Assembly: GCF_006345805.1 (NCBI RefSeq)
Contig: NC_043000.1
Span: forward strand, 53,196,001 to 53,260,000
Reading direction: 5' to 3'
DNA: 64,000 nt
Origin: Octopus sinensis
Lineage: Eukaryota
The position numbers and the translations under genes were made by a program. The notes beneath the pieces are model-generated. The model saw nothing but the letters and a program-made list of their open reading frames with translations. It was not told the origin of the DNA and did not search any database. Shown here piece by piece: positions 49,246-62,615 of this stretch. Within the stretch, counting starts at the first letter, position 1; each line of letters begins with the position of its first letter.

Positions 49246-52200
49246 ATATAAAAGGGCTTAGTAAAATAAATTACTTGGCCGCATACTGAACTCATTAGAA
49301 ATAGCAGCTAAAAAACTTTTTTAAAGCTATTCTAATACTTAAAGAAAATCTCTCTCATATATAGTGTTTGCTTAATTCAACTCACAAAAGTTTGGGGGTA
49401 AGGACATCGAAAAATCAAATGCTAAGGTTATTTGAGAACGTACGTTTCAAGATTAGTCAAAACAACACTTCTATCATCAGCTCAGAAATTCCTTGGATTG
49501 GATTTGGAAACACTGAAAATAAGAACATACCCTTCGAAGATCTGCTCGTAACTAACAGTGCCAACAAATTCAAATAAGCAAGCGAAGAATCTCTGTTCTC
49601 CCCTTTCCACCAGCGTGGGTTAAAATCATCAAACACTATGCTTATTTCGGTAAAATCCGAAGCATTAATCAGAGGGAGATTAATTATAATTTCAACAATT
49701 GAGGGCAAAATTAATTAATATTAATCAATTTCACCAAGTGTTCAGTATGCAAAGGGCCATTCAAGGCGAATTCAAATTATTACATTATATAAAAGGGCTT
49801 AGTAAAATAAATTACTTTGCCGCATACTGAACTCATTAGAAATAGCAGCTAAAAAACTTTTTTAAAGCTATTTCTAATACTTAAAGAAAATCTCTCTCAT
49901 ATAAGTGTTTGCTTAATTCAACTCACAAAAGTTTGGGGGTAAGGACATCGAAAAATCAAATGCTAAGGTATTTGAGAACGTACGTTTCAAGATTAGTCAA
50001 AACAACACTTCTATCATCAGCTCAGAAATTCCTTGGATTGGATTTGGAAACACTGAAAATAAGAACATACCCTTTCGAAGATCTGCTCGTAACTAACAGT
50101 GCCAACAAATTCAAATAAGCAAGCGAAGAATCTCTGTTCTCCCCTTTCCACCAGCGTGGGTTAAAATCATCAAACACTATGCTTATTCGGTAAAATCCGA
50201 AGCATTAATCAGAGGGAGATTAATTATAATTTCAACAATTGAGGGCAAAATTAATTATTATTAATCAATTTCACCAAGTGTTCAGTATGCAAAGGGACCA
50301 TTCAAGGCGAATTCAAAATCATTACATTATATAAAAGGGCTTAGTAAAATAAATTACTTTGCCGCATACTGAACTCATTAGAAATAGCAGCTAAAAAACT
50401 TTTTTAAAGCTATTTCTAATACTTAAAGAAAATCTCTCTCATATATAGTGTTTGCTTAATTCAACTCACAAAAGTTTGGGGGTAAGGACATCGAAAAATC
50501 AAATGCTAAGGTTATTTGAGAACGTACGTTTCAAGATTAGTCAAAACAACACTTCTATCATCAGCTCAGAAATTCCTTGGATTGGATTTGGAAACACTGA
50601 AAATAAGAACATACCCTTTCGAAGATCTGCTCGTAACTAACAGTGCCAACAAATTCAAATAAGCAAGCGAAGAATCTCTGTTCTCCCCTTTCCACCAGCG
50701 TGGGTTAAAATCATCAAACACTATGCTTATTTCGGTAAAATCCGAAGCATTAATCAGAGGGAGATTAATTATAATTTCAACAATTGAGGGCAAAATTAAT
50801 TAATTATTAATCAATTTCACCAAGTGTTCAGTATGCAAAGGAACCATTCAAGGCGAATTCAAATTATTACATTATATAAAAGGGCTTAGTAAAATAAATT
50901 ACTTTGCCGCATACTGAACTCATTAGAAATAGCAGCTAAAGTAATTTATTTTACTAAGCCCTTTTTATAATGTAATAATTTGAATTCGCCTTGAATGGTC
51001 CCTTTGCATACTGAACACTTGTGAAATTGATTAATAACTAATAATAGCAGCAAAGTAATTATTTTACTAAGCCCTTTTATATAAGTAATAATTTGAATTC
51101 GCCTTGAATGGTCCCTTTGCAATACTGAACACTTGGTGAAATGATTAATTAATTAATTTATTTTGCCCTCAATTGTTGAAATTATAATTAATCTCCCTCT
51201 GATTAATGCTTCGGATTTTACCGAAATAAGCATAGTGTTTGATGATTTTAACCCACGCTGGTGGAAGGGGAGGAGAGAACAGAGATTCTTCGCTTGCTTA
51301 TTTGAATTTGTTGGCACTGTTAGTTACGAGCAGATCTTCGAAAGGGTATGTTCTTATTTTCAGTGTTCCAAATCCAATCAAGGAATTTCTGAGCTGAGAT
51401 AGAAGTGTTGTTTTGACTAATCTTGAAACGTACGTTCTCAAATAACCTTAGCATTTGATTTTTCGATGTCCTTACCCCCAAACTTTTGTGAGTTGAATTA
51501 AGCAAACACTATATATGAGAGAGATTTTCTTTAAGTATTAGAAATAGCTTTAAAAAAGTTTTTTAGCTGCTATTCTAATGAGTTCAGTATGCGGCAAAGT
51601 AATTTATTTTACTAAGCCCTTTTATATAATGTAATAATTTGAATTCGCCTTGAATGGTCCCTTTGCATACTGAACACTTGGTGAAATTGATTAATAATTA
51701 ATTAATTTTGCCCTCAATTGTTGAAATTATAATTAATCTCCTCTGATTAATGCTTCGGATTTTACCGAAATAAGCATAGTGTTTGATGATTTTAACCCAC
51801 GCTGGTGGAAAGGGGAGAACAGAGATTCTTCGCTTGCTTATTTGAATTTGTTGGCACTGTAGTTACGAGCAGATCTTCGAAAGGGTATGTTCTTATTTTC
51901 AGTGTTTCCAAATCCAATCCAAGGAATTTCTGAGCTGATGATAGAAGTGTTGTTTTGACTAATCTTGAAACGTACGTTCTCAAATAACCTTAGCATTTGA
52001 TTTTTCGATGTCCTTACCCCCAAACTTTTGTGAGTTGAATTAAGCAAACACTATATATGAGAGAGATTTTTTTAGTATTAGAAATAGCTTTAAAAAAGTT
52101 TTTTAGCTGCTATTTCTAATGAGTTCAGTATGCGGCAAAGTAATTTATTTTACTAAGCCCTTTTATATAATGTAATAATTTGAATTCGCCTTGAATGGTC

Positions 52201-53352
52201 CTTTGCATACTGAACACTTGGTGAAATTGATTAATAATTAATTAATTTTGCCCTCAATTGTTGAAATTATAATTAATCTCCCTCTGATTAATGCTTCGGA
52301 TTTTACCGAAATAAGCATAGTGTTTGATGATTTTAACCCACGCTGGTGAAAGGGGAGAACAGAGTTCTTCGCTTGCTTATTTGAATTTGTTGGCACTGTT
52401 AGTTACGAGCAGATCTTCGAAAGGGTATGTTCTTATTTTCAGTGTTTCCAAATCCAATCCAAGGAATTTCTGAGCTGATGATAGAAGTGTTGTTTTGACT
52501 AATCTTGAAACGTACGTTCTCAATAACCTTAGCATTTGATTTTTCGATGTCCTTACCCCCAAACTTTTGTGAGTTGAATTAAGCAAACACTATATATGAG
52601 AGAGAGTTTCTTTAAGTATTAGAAATAGCTTTAAAAAAGTTTTTTAGCTGCTATTTCTAATGAGTTCAGTATGCGGCAAAGTAATTTATTTTACTAAGCC
52701 CTTTTATATAATGTAATAATTTGAATTCGCCTTGAATGGTCCCTTTGCATACTGAACACTTGGTGAAATTGATTAATAATTAATTAATTTTGCCCTCAAT
52801 TGTTGAATTATAATTAATCTCCCTCTGATTAATGCTTCGGATTTTACCGAAATAAGCATAGTGTTTGATGATTTTAACCCACGCTGGTGGAAAGGGGAGA
52901 ACAGAGATTCTTCGCTTGCTTATTTGAATTTGTTGGCACTGTTAGTTACGAGCAGATCTTCGAAAGGGTATGTTCTTATTTTCAGTGTTTCAAATCCAAT
53001 CCAAGGAATTTCTGAGCTGATGATAGAAGTTGTTTTGACTAATCTTGAAACGTACGTTCTCAAATAACCTTAGCATTTGATTTTTCGATGTCCTTACCCC
53101 CAAACTTTTGTGAGTTGAATTAAGCAAACACTATATATGAGAGAGATTTTCTTTAAGTATTAGAAATAGCTTTAAAAAAGTTTTTTAGCTGCTATTTCTA
53201 ATGAGTTCAGTATGCGGCAAGTATTTATTTTACTAAGCCCTTTTATATAATGTAATAATTTGAATTCGCCTTGAATGGTCCCTTTGCATACTGAACACTT
53301 GGTGAAATTGATTAATAATTAATTAATTTTGCCCTCAATTGTTGAAATTATA
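49245..53352. repeat. Tandem array of a ~541-bp unit: about 3.1 units forward, a fold-back at 50940/50941, about 4.4 units reverse
   Basis: aaagggcttag at 49251, 49792, 50334 and 50879. The reverse motif gcccttttat begins at 51071, 51616, 52157, 52698 and 53237. Differences between units are almost all 1-bp indels. Confidence 0.95.
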
Positions 53353-53421
53353 TATATATATATATATTATATATATGTGTGTGTGTGTGTCTCGTATCGA
53401 GTACATACTTACATATATATT

Positions 53422-53645
53422 ATTTTATTCTTTTATTCTTTTATTCACTTCAGTCATTTGACTGCGGCGATGCTAGAGCAATGCCTTTAATTGAACAAAT
53501 CAACCCCAGGACTTAATTTCTGTAGCTTATTACTTATTCTATCGGTTGCTTTTGCCGAACCAATAGATTACATGGACGTAAACACACCAAGTCGGTTGAC
53601 AAGCGATGGTGAGGATAAACACAAGACTCAAAAATACATACATAA

Positions 53646-53719
<74 letters not shown>

Positions 53720-53878
53720 CTACGGGCTTCCAGTTTCCGTCTACCAAAACCACCCGCAAGGCTTTGGTCGGACGCGGCTATAGTAGAAGACACTTGCCCA
53801 AGGTGCCAAGCAGTGGGACTCAACCCGGAAACATGTTGTTTGAAGCAAGCTTCTTACCACGGACGCACTCTACGCCTA
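53422..53878 (-). mobile_element. Type-B SINE with expanded internal (TA)n
   Basis: cacttgcccaaggtgccaagcagtgggactcaacccgg; tail cagtcatttgactgcggc. Confidence 0.88.
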
Positions 53879-53917
53879 TCACGTTTATACATAATCCTTA
53901 CACATCCCTATTATATG

Positions 53918-53964
<47 letters not shown>

Positions 53965-54024
53965 AATCCATACACATTTCTTTATCTCGGTTCTTTTTAT
54001 TTCATCTTTGCTTCGTTTTCCTCG

Positions 54025-54151
54025 TAATTCTTCCTGTCAAAGAGCGTAGGTTCGAAATGTAAAAGACTTTTCCATTCTTCCCAACTGTTAAACTAATACA
54101 CCTGCTTGTTATACCTAGACCTATATTCGTCCTTTGTTTTCTTCAAATCCA

Positions 54152-54165
<14 letters not shown>
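54025..54165 (+). mobile_element. Third HHR family 2 copy
   Basis: tcttc CTGTCAA A gagc-gtag-gttc GAAAT GTA aaaga at 54029-54066, followed by family 3'-type sequence and (TA)n/(CA)n. Confidence 0.7.
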
Positions 54166-54210
<45 letters not shown>

Positions 54211-54245
54211 CATATCACCGTGATATATATATATATATGTATGTA

Positions 54246-54277
<32 letters not shown>

Positions 54278-55299
54278 ACGGACTCTCATGTCGTTAGGTA
54301 CAGATTTCTGTTCAGCTTCTTCTTGCCGAACAATCTGCTCAAGTGTGATGCTTATGTTGATAAAATGTTTGCGCTCTACATTAGCCCACTTCCTGAACTA
54401 AGTGACATTGCCTTTACAGATGCACAGTGTGCTCCACGTCACGTGAGAATATTATCAAAGAGCAGCTTGAAATTATGAGTTTTTGCTCGAGAACCCAACG
54501 CAAAACCAGGTTCAGCAAAGGAAACCACGTGCATGTAGTCGTGAGTGCAACAACCTAATAATCACGCGCGCGCACACACACACACATACACACACACGCA
54601 CACACGTACACATACGTACGTATATATGTATGTATGTTTTTAATGTATGTATGTGTACACACGCACATACACGCATATATATATGCATATATATATATAT
54701 ATGAAAGCAGATACAATGCATATGTATGCGTAGGTATAACTTATCGTGAGTATTCAATTATTCATTACTGTATTTCTAAGACATTTAAAAGATTTAAAAT
54801 GTGTTTATTTAATTATTCAAGAAACTAATTCGTGATTTCTAACATTTTGTCAATAAACATGTGGAATTGATTACGTATTAATTCCGTGTTCTGTACACAA
54901 TTCCAGTTTCCAATACAAGATGTCTTTGTTAACTATTTTACGAATTACTTTTAATTTATTTATTACAATGTTTTACGTATATTTTTACCGTTCCTTCTTC
55001 GTTAAAGCAATATAGCATTATCTTTGGTGTTAATGTTCTTTAAGGCTTTTATGTGCAATAAAGTTTTATATATGAAAATTAAGTGTTTTAATATATTCCC
55101 CAAAATGCATGCGATATAATGTTCTACTTTCATTAAATTCAAAATATATTTTAATGCAAATGGTAATGTACTTCGTACGAATGTCTTCATAAAACTGTTA
55201 ACGTACATGCATGTAGTTCCTACGAGTTTCCTCAAGTACCAGCTTTAAACTTCTAATATCAGCTACACTGAAAAAGAAACGATCTTTGTCCATTATTGA

Positions 55300-55422
55300 C
55301 CTTATTTACATTTGACAGATATTTGTCCTCATCTTGTTTGTTGTTAACACAACGTTTCGGCTGATATAAATTGTCTTGGGGAAATTTCGAACGTGGGTTC
55401 TATTTCCTAAGGTATTTTTCGA

Positions 55423-55488
<66 letters not shown>

Positions 55489-55599
55489 CATCATTATTAT
55501 TATTATTGTTGTTGTTGTTGTCATTCAAGTCACTGCCTGGAATCGAACTCGGAATCTTGGGGTTAGTATCCCGCGCTCTCAACCACTACGGCATCTGCC
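55300..55599 (-). mobile_element. tRNA-headed short element: Pol III head, (AAC/AAT)n, HHR family 1 body with a core deletion, TGTAAATA tail
   Basis: Minus strand gggcagaTGCCGTAGTGGttgagagcgcgggatactaaccccaagattccGAGTTCGATTCCaggcagtgac-(aac/aat)n-aacatcgaaaaataccttagg...cccaagacaa/tatatcagccGAAACGTTgtgttaac... Confidence 0.8.
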
Positions 55600-55700
55600 C
55601 TGATGAAGGCTGGAGGGTATACCAGCCGAAACGTTGTGTTAACAACAAACAAGATGAGGACAAATATCCATCAAATGTAAATATTGTAAATAATGTACAT
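55600..55700 (+). ncRNA. Minimal type-I hammerhead motif (family 1) plus tail, inverted against the tRNA head
   Basis: CTGATGA (55600-55606), an extra A, stem II ggctgg/ccagcc, GAAAC (55628-55632), GTT, then gtgtt. The 5' strand of stem I (gacac, seen in the 29836 copy) is missing. Confidence 0.8.
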
Positions 55701-58700
55701 ACTTCCTCATCTCTTACATATAGAACTGAGAGATCTTTGTCGTTCTGTTATCTGTAGTAATCTTCAACATCATCTTGACGCTTAGTGTAACTCAAATCCT
55801 TTTAACACTTCCAAGAATGGACTACAGCTCTTTCTGAAGAGTACTAGATTATATGTTTATTTATTTAAAATTAAATATTGCTGAAGTGAAATTAGAATAG
55901 ATGTTTCTAACAACAACAATTTGTATTTAATTAATGTTGCTAGCTAAGTAAGCTAAATGTCCTATTGCACATTTCATGGTACTTAAAGTGCCATGAGTTT
56001 CTTAGCACTACCATTTAAGTGCAAGCTTGAAATCTCAGAGAATTGTTGCCAATAAAGTTTACTGTGTATCAATGTTTCTACTCACATAGAATAAAACACA
56101 TCTTTGAATTAACATGAAATATAAGAATAGAGGATGTAAAATAACTGGACATTGTCTTGAAAAAAGGAAGTATTTGTATAATTTCAGAACTACTGTCTTC
56201 GACGTCTATACTATTCAGAATAGCACTTAAAATGCATTAAAAGAGCTGATTCTAACTTTTATCTCAACAATCTTTCGTCAATAAGATAATAATAACCACA
56301 TGATAATTATTCACATGGCATGGCGGCCAAATAAGACTTTACGTAGTTGTGCAGCTGTCACACTAGTCTGTCTAATTAAAACCTTCCGTATGGAATATTT
56401 AAAATTGTTATAACTCCCTCCGCAGTGATTTAGGACTAAAATTAGCAACAGCTACAATAATATAAAAACACTTGTGGCATAAGACATCTGTGTACATGTG
56501 TGAAAATAGGCGACTAAAGATATACTTTGCTGGTTTACTATTCTCTGGGCAAAAATTATTTTATACAGATATTTATAGTAAATTTCATTAAAGCTCTCGA
56601 GCAAGCGACCGTTGGAAAGAAAATAGCGGCAAAGGTCTGATATTATCCTGTGACAAAATGAAAGCTTCCCAACACATGCGCACACAATCAAAATCTAATG
56701 GTTTCAACTGAGTCAGAATAAGTGTTCTATATATCAAGTGTAACAACCCATGCATAACTTTGTCTTCAGCCGCTGGGTTGATTCCTGCAATAATTTGATC
56801 CCTACTGGGGAGTGTACGTATATGTTCCTTGTATCTTATGGTTTCTCAAAGGCAGATGCATTCTTGAAGTGTTGCTAAGACTTCTGCTTCATGAATAATG
56901 TTATACAAACTACCAGTCTTCTTTCCGGCCCTGCTGTATAGATGTCGGTAATGCAAGCATATATGAATGCTTAAATTTCTCCATGTTTATCCTTACACAC
57001 GAACTCATTCTTATAATTAAGTATGTGAATGAATGACCCCTGTGCCTTAGTTTGTCTGGATTTGACAGGGAAATTAAGTCGTCAAATCTATTTGCTCTTC
57101 TAGTTGCAATATTCCACTGCTAACTGGAAACGATAACTAATTTTTCTGACAAGCAAATAATGGCTCATTCGTATTTCAAAATAAATTCTGTTGTTATGCT
57201 ATATATATACTTTTGTTGTTGGACAGTTCATTGGTGTGAATGATGTTTCATATATTGCAAGCTCCTTCGCTCCATTACATTTTACTTTTAACTATCCTTT
57301 TGTGGTTAAAGAAACAGCGTATAAACTGATTATGTATGCAGGACAAATTGTATCATTTTAGTGCCGATCTAAGTTGCCAACTAAATAATAGCAGGCTCTC
57401 TCTATCCTGCAACACTTAAACGGTCTTATAAGCAAATACACACACTAACCACTTCTTTCAAAACATTCATACAGTTTATTTGAATGTGAATGACAACTAT
57501 GTATATCTTGTCTAATCAACGAAAAAAGAATTACGCAGTCACTCAATTTGCTTGAATGAGCAACAAAAAAAATCCTTTAATTTGTCATACTATTCTTTAA
57601 TAACGAACTACTATTCTAGGTAAATTAGTTCTAACTGTATGTTAGAATAGACGTCACGTGAATAAGAGTTTGAATACAATAGCTCGTGTTTCATCACCAG
57701 CGGTAAAATCTGGAACAACGGATGTATGGATTACTGCTGTTTGTTTAACCAGCTATTTGCATAACATACTTCATAAGCGACCGAGGGTCACACAGCAGCA
57801 ACTGCCAAAAGACATTTATTGACTTGCGTTTAGTATCTCTATATAATAGGATCTGTTTATATATCAAAGGCTCTTAAGATCAGAAACAAAGTTATTGATT
57901 TTAGCACTTGTATCGATCTGCTACTAAAAATAAAAATCAAATATTCCTCAAATCACGTAATTCCCCCTTCAAAATCTGGATCCTGGATAATGTAACAGCC
58001 TATACGCTACATCGTTACGAAAACAAAGACAACGGACTAGCCTATATATGTATTTGTTATGTATTGGAAATATCAGAGGCTCCCACGGCAGTACTACAAA
58101 ACTGATAGCGTAAAAAAGCTATTTTGTTTCCAACCCCATTCTAAGTTGTTCTCTTTATAAATTGTTAATTCACTAGGAAAAAAAAACAAAAAAACACATT
58201 GGACATATTCCTATAAGTCCAATCCTATGCTTCCTATATCATGAAAAATTAATTGTAAGATACTAGAATTTTATACTTCCATCGTTAAAACAGATTAATA
58301 AATTATTTTCCAATTCCTTCCAAGATATATTTTCACAAATACGACTTTTTTGTTCAATCTGAAGTATATTGCAACATTTTTTAATTGCTATATTTTCTGA
58401 TCAATTAAAAATATATAAAGCTTGAAACACAAAAATAAATAAACAATTAATAATGCAAAATAAAATTAATGATCCGTATAAATTGACTATATCCGTGTAA
58501 CTAAACCTTAAATTCGTGCATATGAATCAATGTATTTATTTGAAAACAGAATTAAGTAGCATAAATTGGATGAAAAAATAGTGTAAAGCGAAAACACCTA
58601 TGAATACGATATATGTTAATCTCCCTATCCCTTTACTAATCGGTTTATTTCTCTCGCCTTCACTCTTTTTCTCTTTTCATCCCTCTTCATTCTCCTCTTT

Positions 58701-59149
58701 CCTCTCTCTCTTTCACTTTGTGTAAAATATTTATTTATGCATGTGTGAGTGCACGCGCGCGAGTAATTAAGAAGAAACTACCAGTGTATACATTATTAAT
58801 TGTGTTTAGAATATGGCTAATTCCTGAGTTTATTCATTTTTTTATTTTTATTTATTGCGAATTACGTTTGATTATATTGACATGCATATTATTATTAAAA
58901 ATGGTAGATTTAATAGCGGGCTGAGAATCTTATTTCCTCCTTGGATAATTCATTTTTCATCTAGCTGTGTTGAAATCCAGACTGCGTCAGGGTTCTTTCT
59001 CAGGTACAATGGGATGAGCAGAAGTAGCAAAGATGGACTGAGCGTCACTGTTAAAAAAACAGTGCATACATTAAAACTCGCACACACACACATACACACG
59101 AATACATACATATGTATAAACACTAACACACACACATACATATATAAAT

Positions 59150-59348
59150 AAGGGGTTTAAAGGCATTGCAAACGGCCTGGTTGAAGGCCCAAACTTCCGA
59201 GTTCTTTTACAAGTCTTACAAAACAAAAGAGACCTCTGCAATGTTTGTGTGAATCTGAGAGGGGAATATGTTGAATAAAATAATAAACTGATCCTCCTGT
59301 ATTTTCTGTTGCTCAGAGCCAGGACCTTTTCAGTACCTCCTCGCGTGT
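59150..59348 (-). mobile_element. mariner-derived short non-autonomous element, one TIR clear
   Basis: Minus strand cgcgaggaggtactgaaaaggtcctggctc is a mariner-type TIR abutting (TA)n. Confidence 0.6.
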
Positions 59349-59371
59349 ATATATATATTATACATATATAT

Positions 59372-59487
<116 letters not shown>

Positions 59488-60557
59488 CATGCATATATTC
59501 ATATATGGTTATAGGACGTCACCAACGGTGCAAATTACATGGAATGCGTAAATAAAACGCGGGAGAACGTGTGAAATACGTAAACAACGAGACAAAATGG
59601 AAAACAGGACAAGTTAACAGAGGGAAAGGATCCTTCATCAATTGTCGGTTGTCTGTCTACTCCTCATTTCGAGAATTCCACGACAATATGAGTATTCAAC
59701 AATAATATGAGTCTCCTTTAAATTGTAAAATAAATTTAGGCTTTATAGAAGGTCAAAGTTTGGAACAAAAAAATGACAGCAGAGACATACAAGGAAACCG
59801 AACAAAAACAAAGATACTGGATCGTTAGACCAGAACGAGAGGAAAATAGTGAATGCATATACTTGTATGTGCGTGAGTGTGTATGTATATGTGTATGTAT
59901 ATATATATATGTATGTGTATATCTCTGAGTATGTAAGTATCTCATGTATGTGTCCGCGCACGAACAAAAGCATGTTCGTCTAAGTATTATCTTCCTTTCA
60001 CCTTCTAATGTCTACAGTTCAAATACCGAAAATTGATTACGTCATTTAGTCTAAACTGGAACGTACACTTTCCACGTTCATTTATGAAATCTTTGGGTAT
60101 CAATAATTTTTCTTTGCTTTTATTCACTCTCGTATTTGATGGACATATGGCGCTAAGCAAGCTGACACAAGATATCTCTAGTGCGGCTTTTTTGCTGATG
60201 TGTCCAAAGAGAGCCAGAACGACGGGTTGAAGCATATGCTGTACTTAATAGTCTATTACAAATTCCATCTCCTATTTTATTAATTCTATACATATATATA
60301 TATATACATACACACACACACACATACATATATATATATACATATATATGTGTGTGTGTGTATGGTGGGGGTTATGTATGTAAACATAATATGTGACAAT
60401 TGTTCTGTAGCCATGTTAAAACTCCGAATAATTGTCACATTATATTTACAGATATATTCTTCTGTGTACATAATATCGAGGTCTCTTTCATTCTTTTGTT
60501 GTCTTTCCATTTCTCTTAATATATATATACCTAAGTATATATATATATATATATATA

Positions 60558-60612
<55 letters not shown>

Positions 60613-62187
60613 TGTGTGTGTATATGTGTGCATATATATATATATTTATATATATACATATTCATATATTTTAGCAAAACCGGCATATTGACCAAAGGGC
60701 AGAGAGTTTCGTGCGTTTGCATTTATGGAACTAGCTACGGATCGAAGAGCCTTGAATTTATATAGCTGGCAAAAAATCGAATTTCGCTGGATTATTTTAG
60801 AACGAATTTTCAAAAATGCCATTAAAATATCACGTAGATAGCTCATATTTTTCAAATAGTTTGCTCGTTATGTTGTTCAATAAGCAAATATATAAAGGAA
60901 ATAAGCAAAGGAAAATTTATGCGCCTCTTTACACACACACACCCGTACAAACACATACACACACACACACACACTCACACCCAAGAGAAAATATAAATTA
61001 GAAATATAGGTATGTAGAAATTTAAAAACACACGTGTATATATACATATATATATATATATATCTTGTCCATGGGCATTTTGTGAATGTTTGTGTCGTTA
61101 AAGCTGTGTAGTAACTATATACATATAAGTCCATGCTTGTGTGTGACAGTGCGTGTGTGTATGTGAGTGCTATACCCACGGGTATTTTGAGAGTTGTTGC
61201 ACGTGTGTAGTAAAGATAACTTTTTTCTGTCAATATTGATATATATTTTCCATATATTATTAGAACCTAGAGACTCTCATATTCTGATGTATAAAAAAAA
61301 AGTATTCCTTTCAAGGAAATATTTAAAGCTCTTAGCTGATTCTCAGGTGAATTTTTTTGAAAATGTAAATATATGCAAAAAACAAAAATACTTGATAATA
61401 CGCTTATCTTCCGGAAACAGATGGTTCCGACACATTGTGATCCGTTGAGAACATTTTATACAAAATGTGTGGCTGCTTCCCTAGGTGTGGTAGATTCTTT
61501 GGAAAACGATTTATATATTTTGTTTACCAATATTGATGTAAGAGCATTGTGCGTTCAATTATGTACTGCGGAATAAAACATATTCGATATCATTTGAACC
61601 ATCAGATATATTTGTTATTTTTTTCTTTATTGATCTATTGGAAAAGTCAGTACAATACATGCACTGGCGGTATTGTTAGCCAACGTATTTATTGCTTATG
61701 AGGTATTACTCTATATTTGCTTCATAGAGGATATCTTTTCACAAGGCAAGAGGTCAGATATATAGTGCAATATTATAGCTGATTGAAGTCGTTTGCTTAC
61801 CTCAAATCGATATTATATATCTATATATTTGAGGATTTGTACGTATTGTAGTAAAGAAAGGTGACACGAGCATACTTAATGGTAACATCGACGGAAATGG
61901 AAGGGAAAAAACTACTGAAGTAGGACATATGCTTTACAACTCAGCACGGAAATTACCTTTGGGGACACACCAAGCCAATGTTCAAGGGAGATGTTTCATT
62001 CTACTGAGATAAAATAAATAACATCCGAGTTTACTGAACACAAAATACTAGAAAGGTTTCCCACACCTTACAGATATTCGGTAACGGTGCAATGAATTTA
62101 TTTATTTCGTCCAATATATATATATATATATAATTGTTAAAGATGAAGAAAACGTTAAGGCAAAGCAAACATCTCGAATCATATGCA

Positions 62188-62615
62188 TTATTATTGTTAT
62201 TGGAAAAAATTCAGTCTAACTTCTGTTTCTGAGATATCCCAGAGTATGGGATAATCCGTCATCGGAGACAAATAGGGAAAATGAGAAGAATATAGATTAA
62301 TGAAATGATGACATATAAGACAGGAATAAAAGAATAATGAGTTGAAGAAAGAGAAGAAAAAGAAGCATAAAAGTTCAAATTTCAACTTCCCCACCTTGTA
62401 AAAATAAATCCTTTTATGCTTCATGTGGAAATATGTAGAAATAAGTTCATTTATGATTCTTGTTTCTTCTCTTTCTTCATCTCCTTATTCCTCTACTTCT
62501 GTGCTCTATGTCGTCATTTCATTAATCTATACCCTTCTCATTTTCCCGGAATATCCCATATCTGGGATATCCCAGAAACAGCTGTAAGACTTAGAACTTT
62601 TTCAAATAATAATAA
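62188..62615. mobile_element. ~430-bp imperfect palindrome made of two HHR family 3 repeats
   Basis: Minus arm: gtct CCGATGA cggattatccc-atactct-gggatatctca GAAAC AGAA GTT agac (62269-62214). Plus arm: ...atatccc-atatct-gggatatccca GAAAC AGCT GTA agac (62575-62590), lacking the 5' core. Both arms end in aat-type tails. Confidence 0.8.

Noticed and set aside
49245-53352. CRISPR-like or protein-coding tandem array (recurrent 61-83 aa ORFs)
   Set aside because: The units are whole 541-bp repeats without unique spacers, the ORFs change frame between copies through 1-bp indels, and the context is eukaryotic.
59610-59690. Possible fourth hammerhead (minus strand ctcGAAAtg...TTGATGAagg)
   Set aside because: Core-like words are present, but I could not build consistent stems I-III in any permutation.
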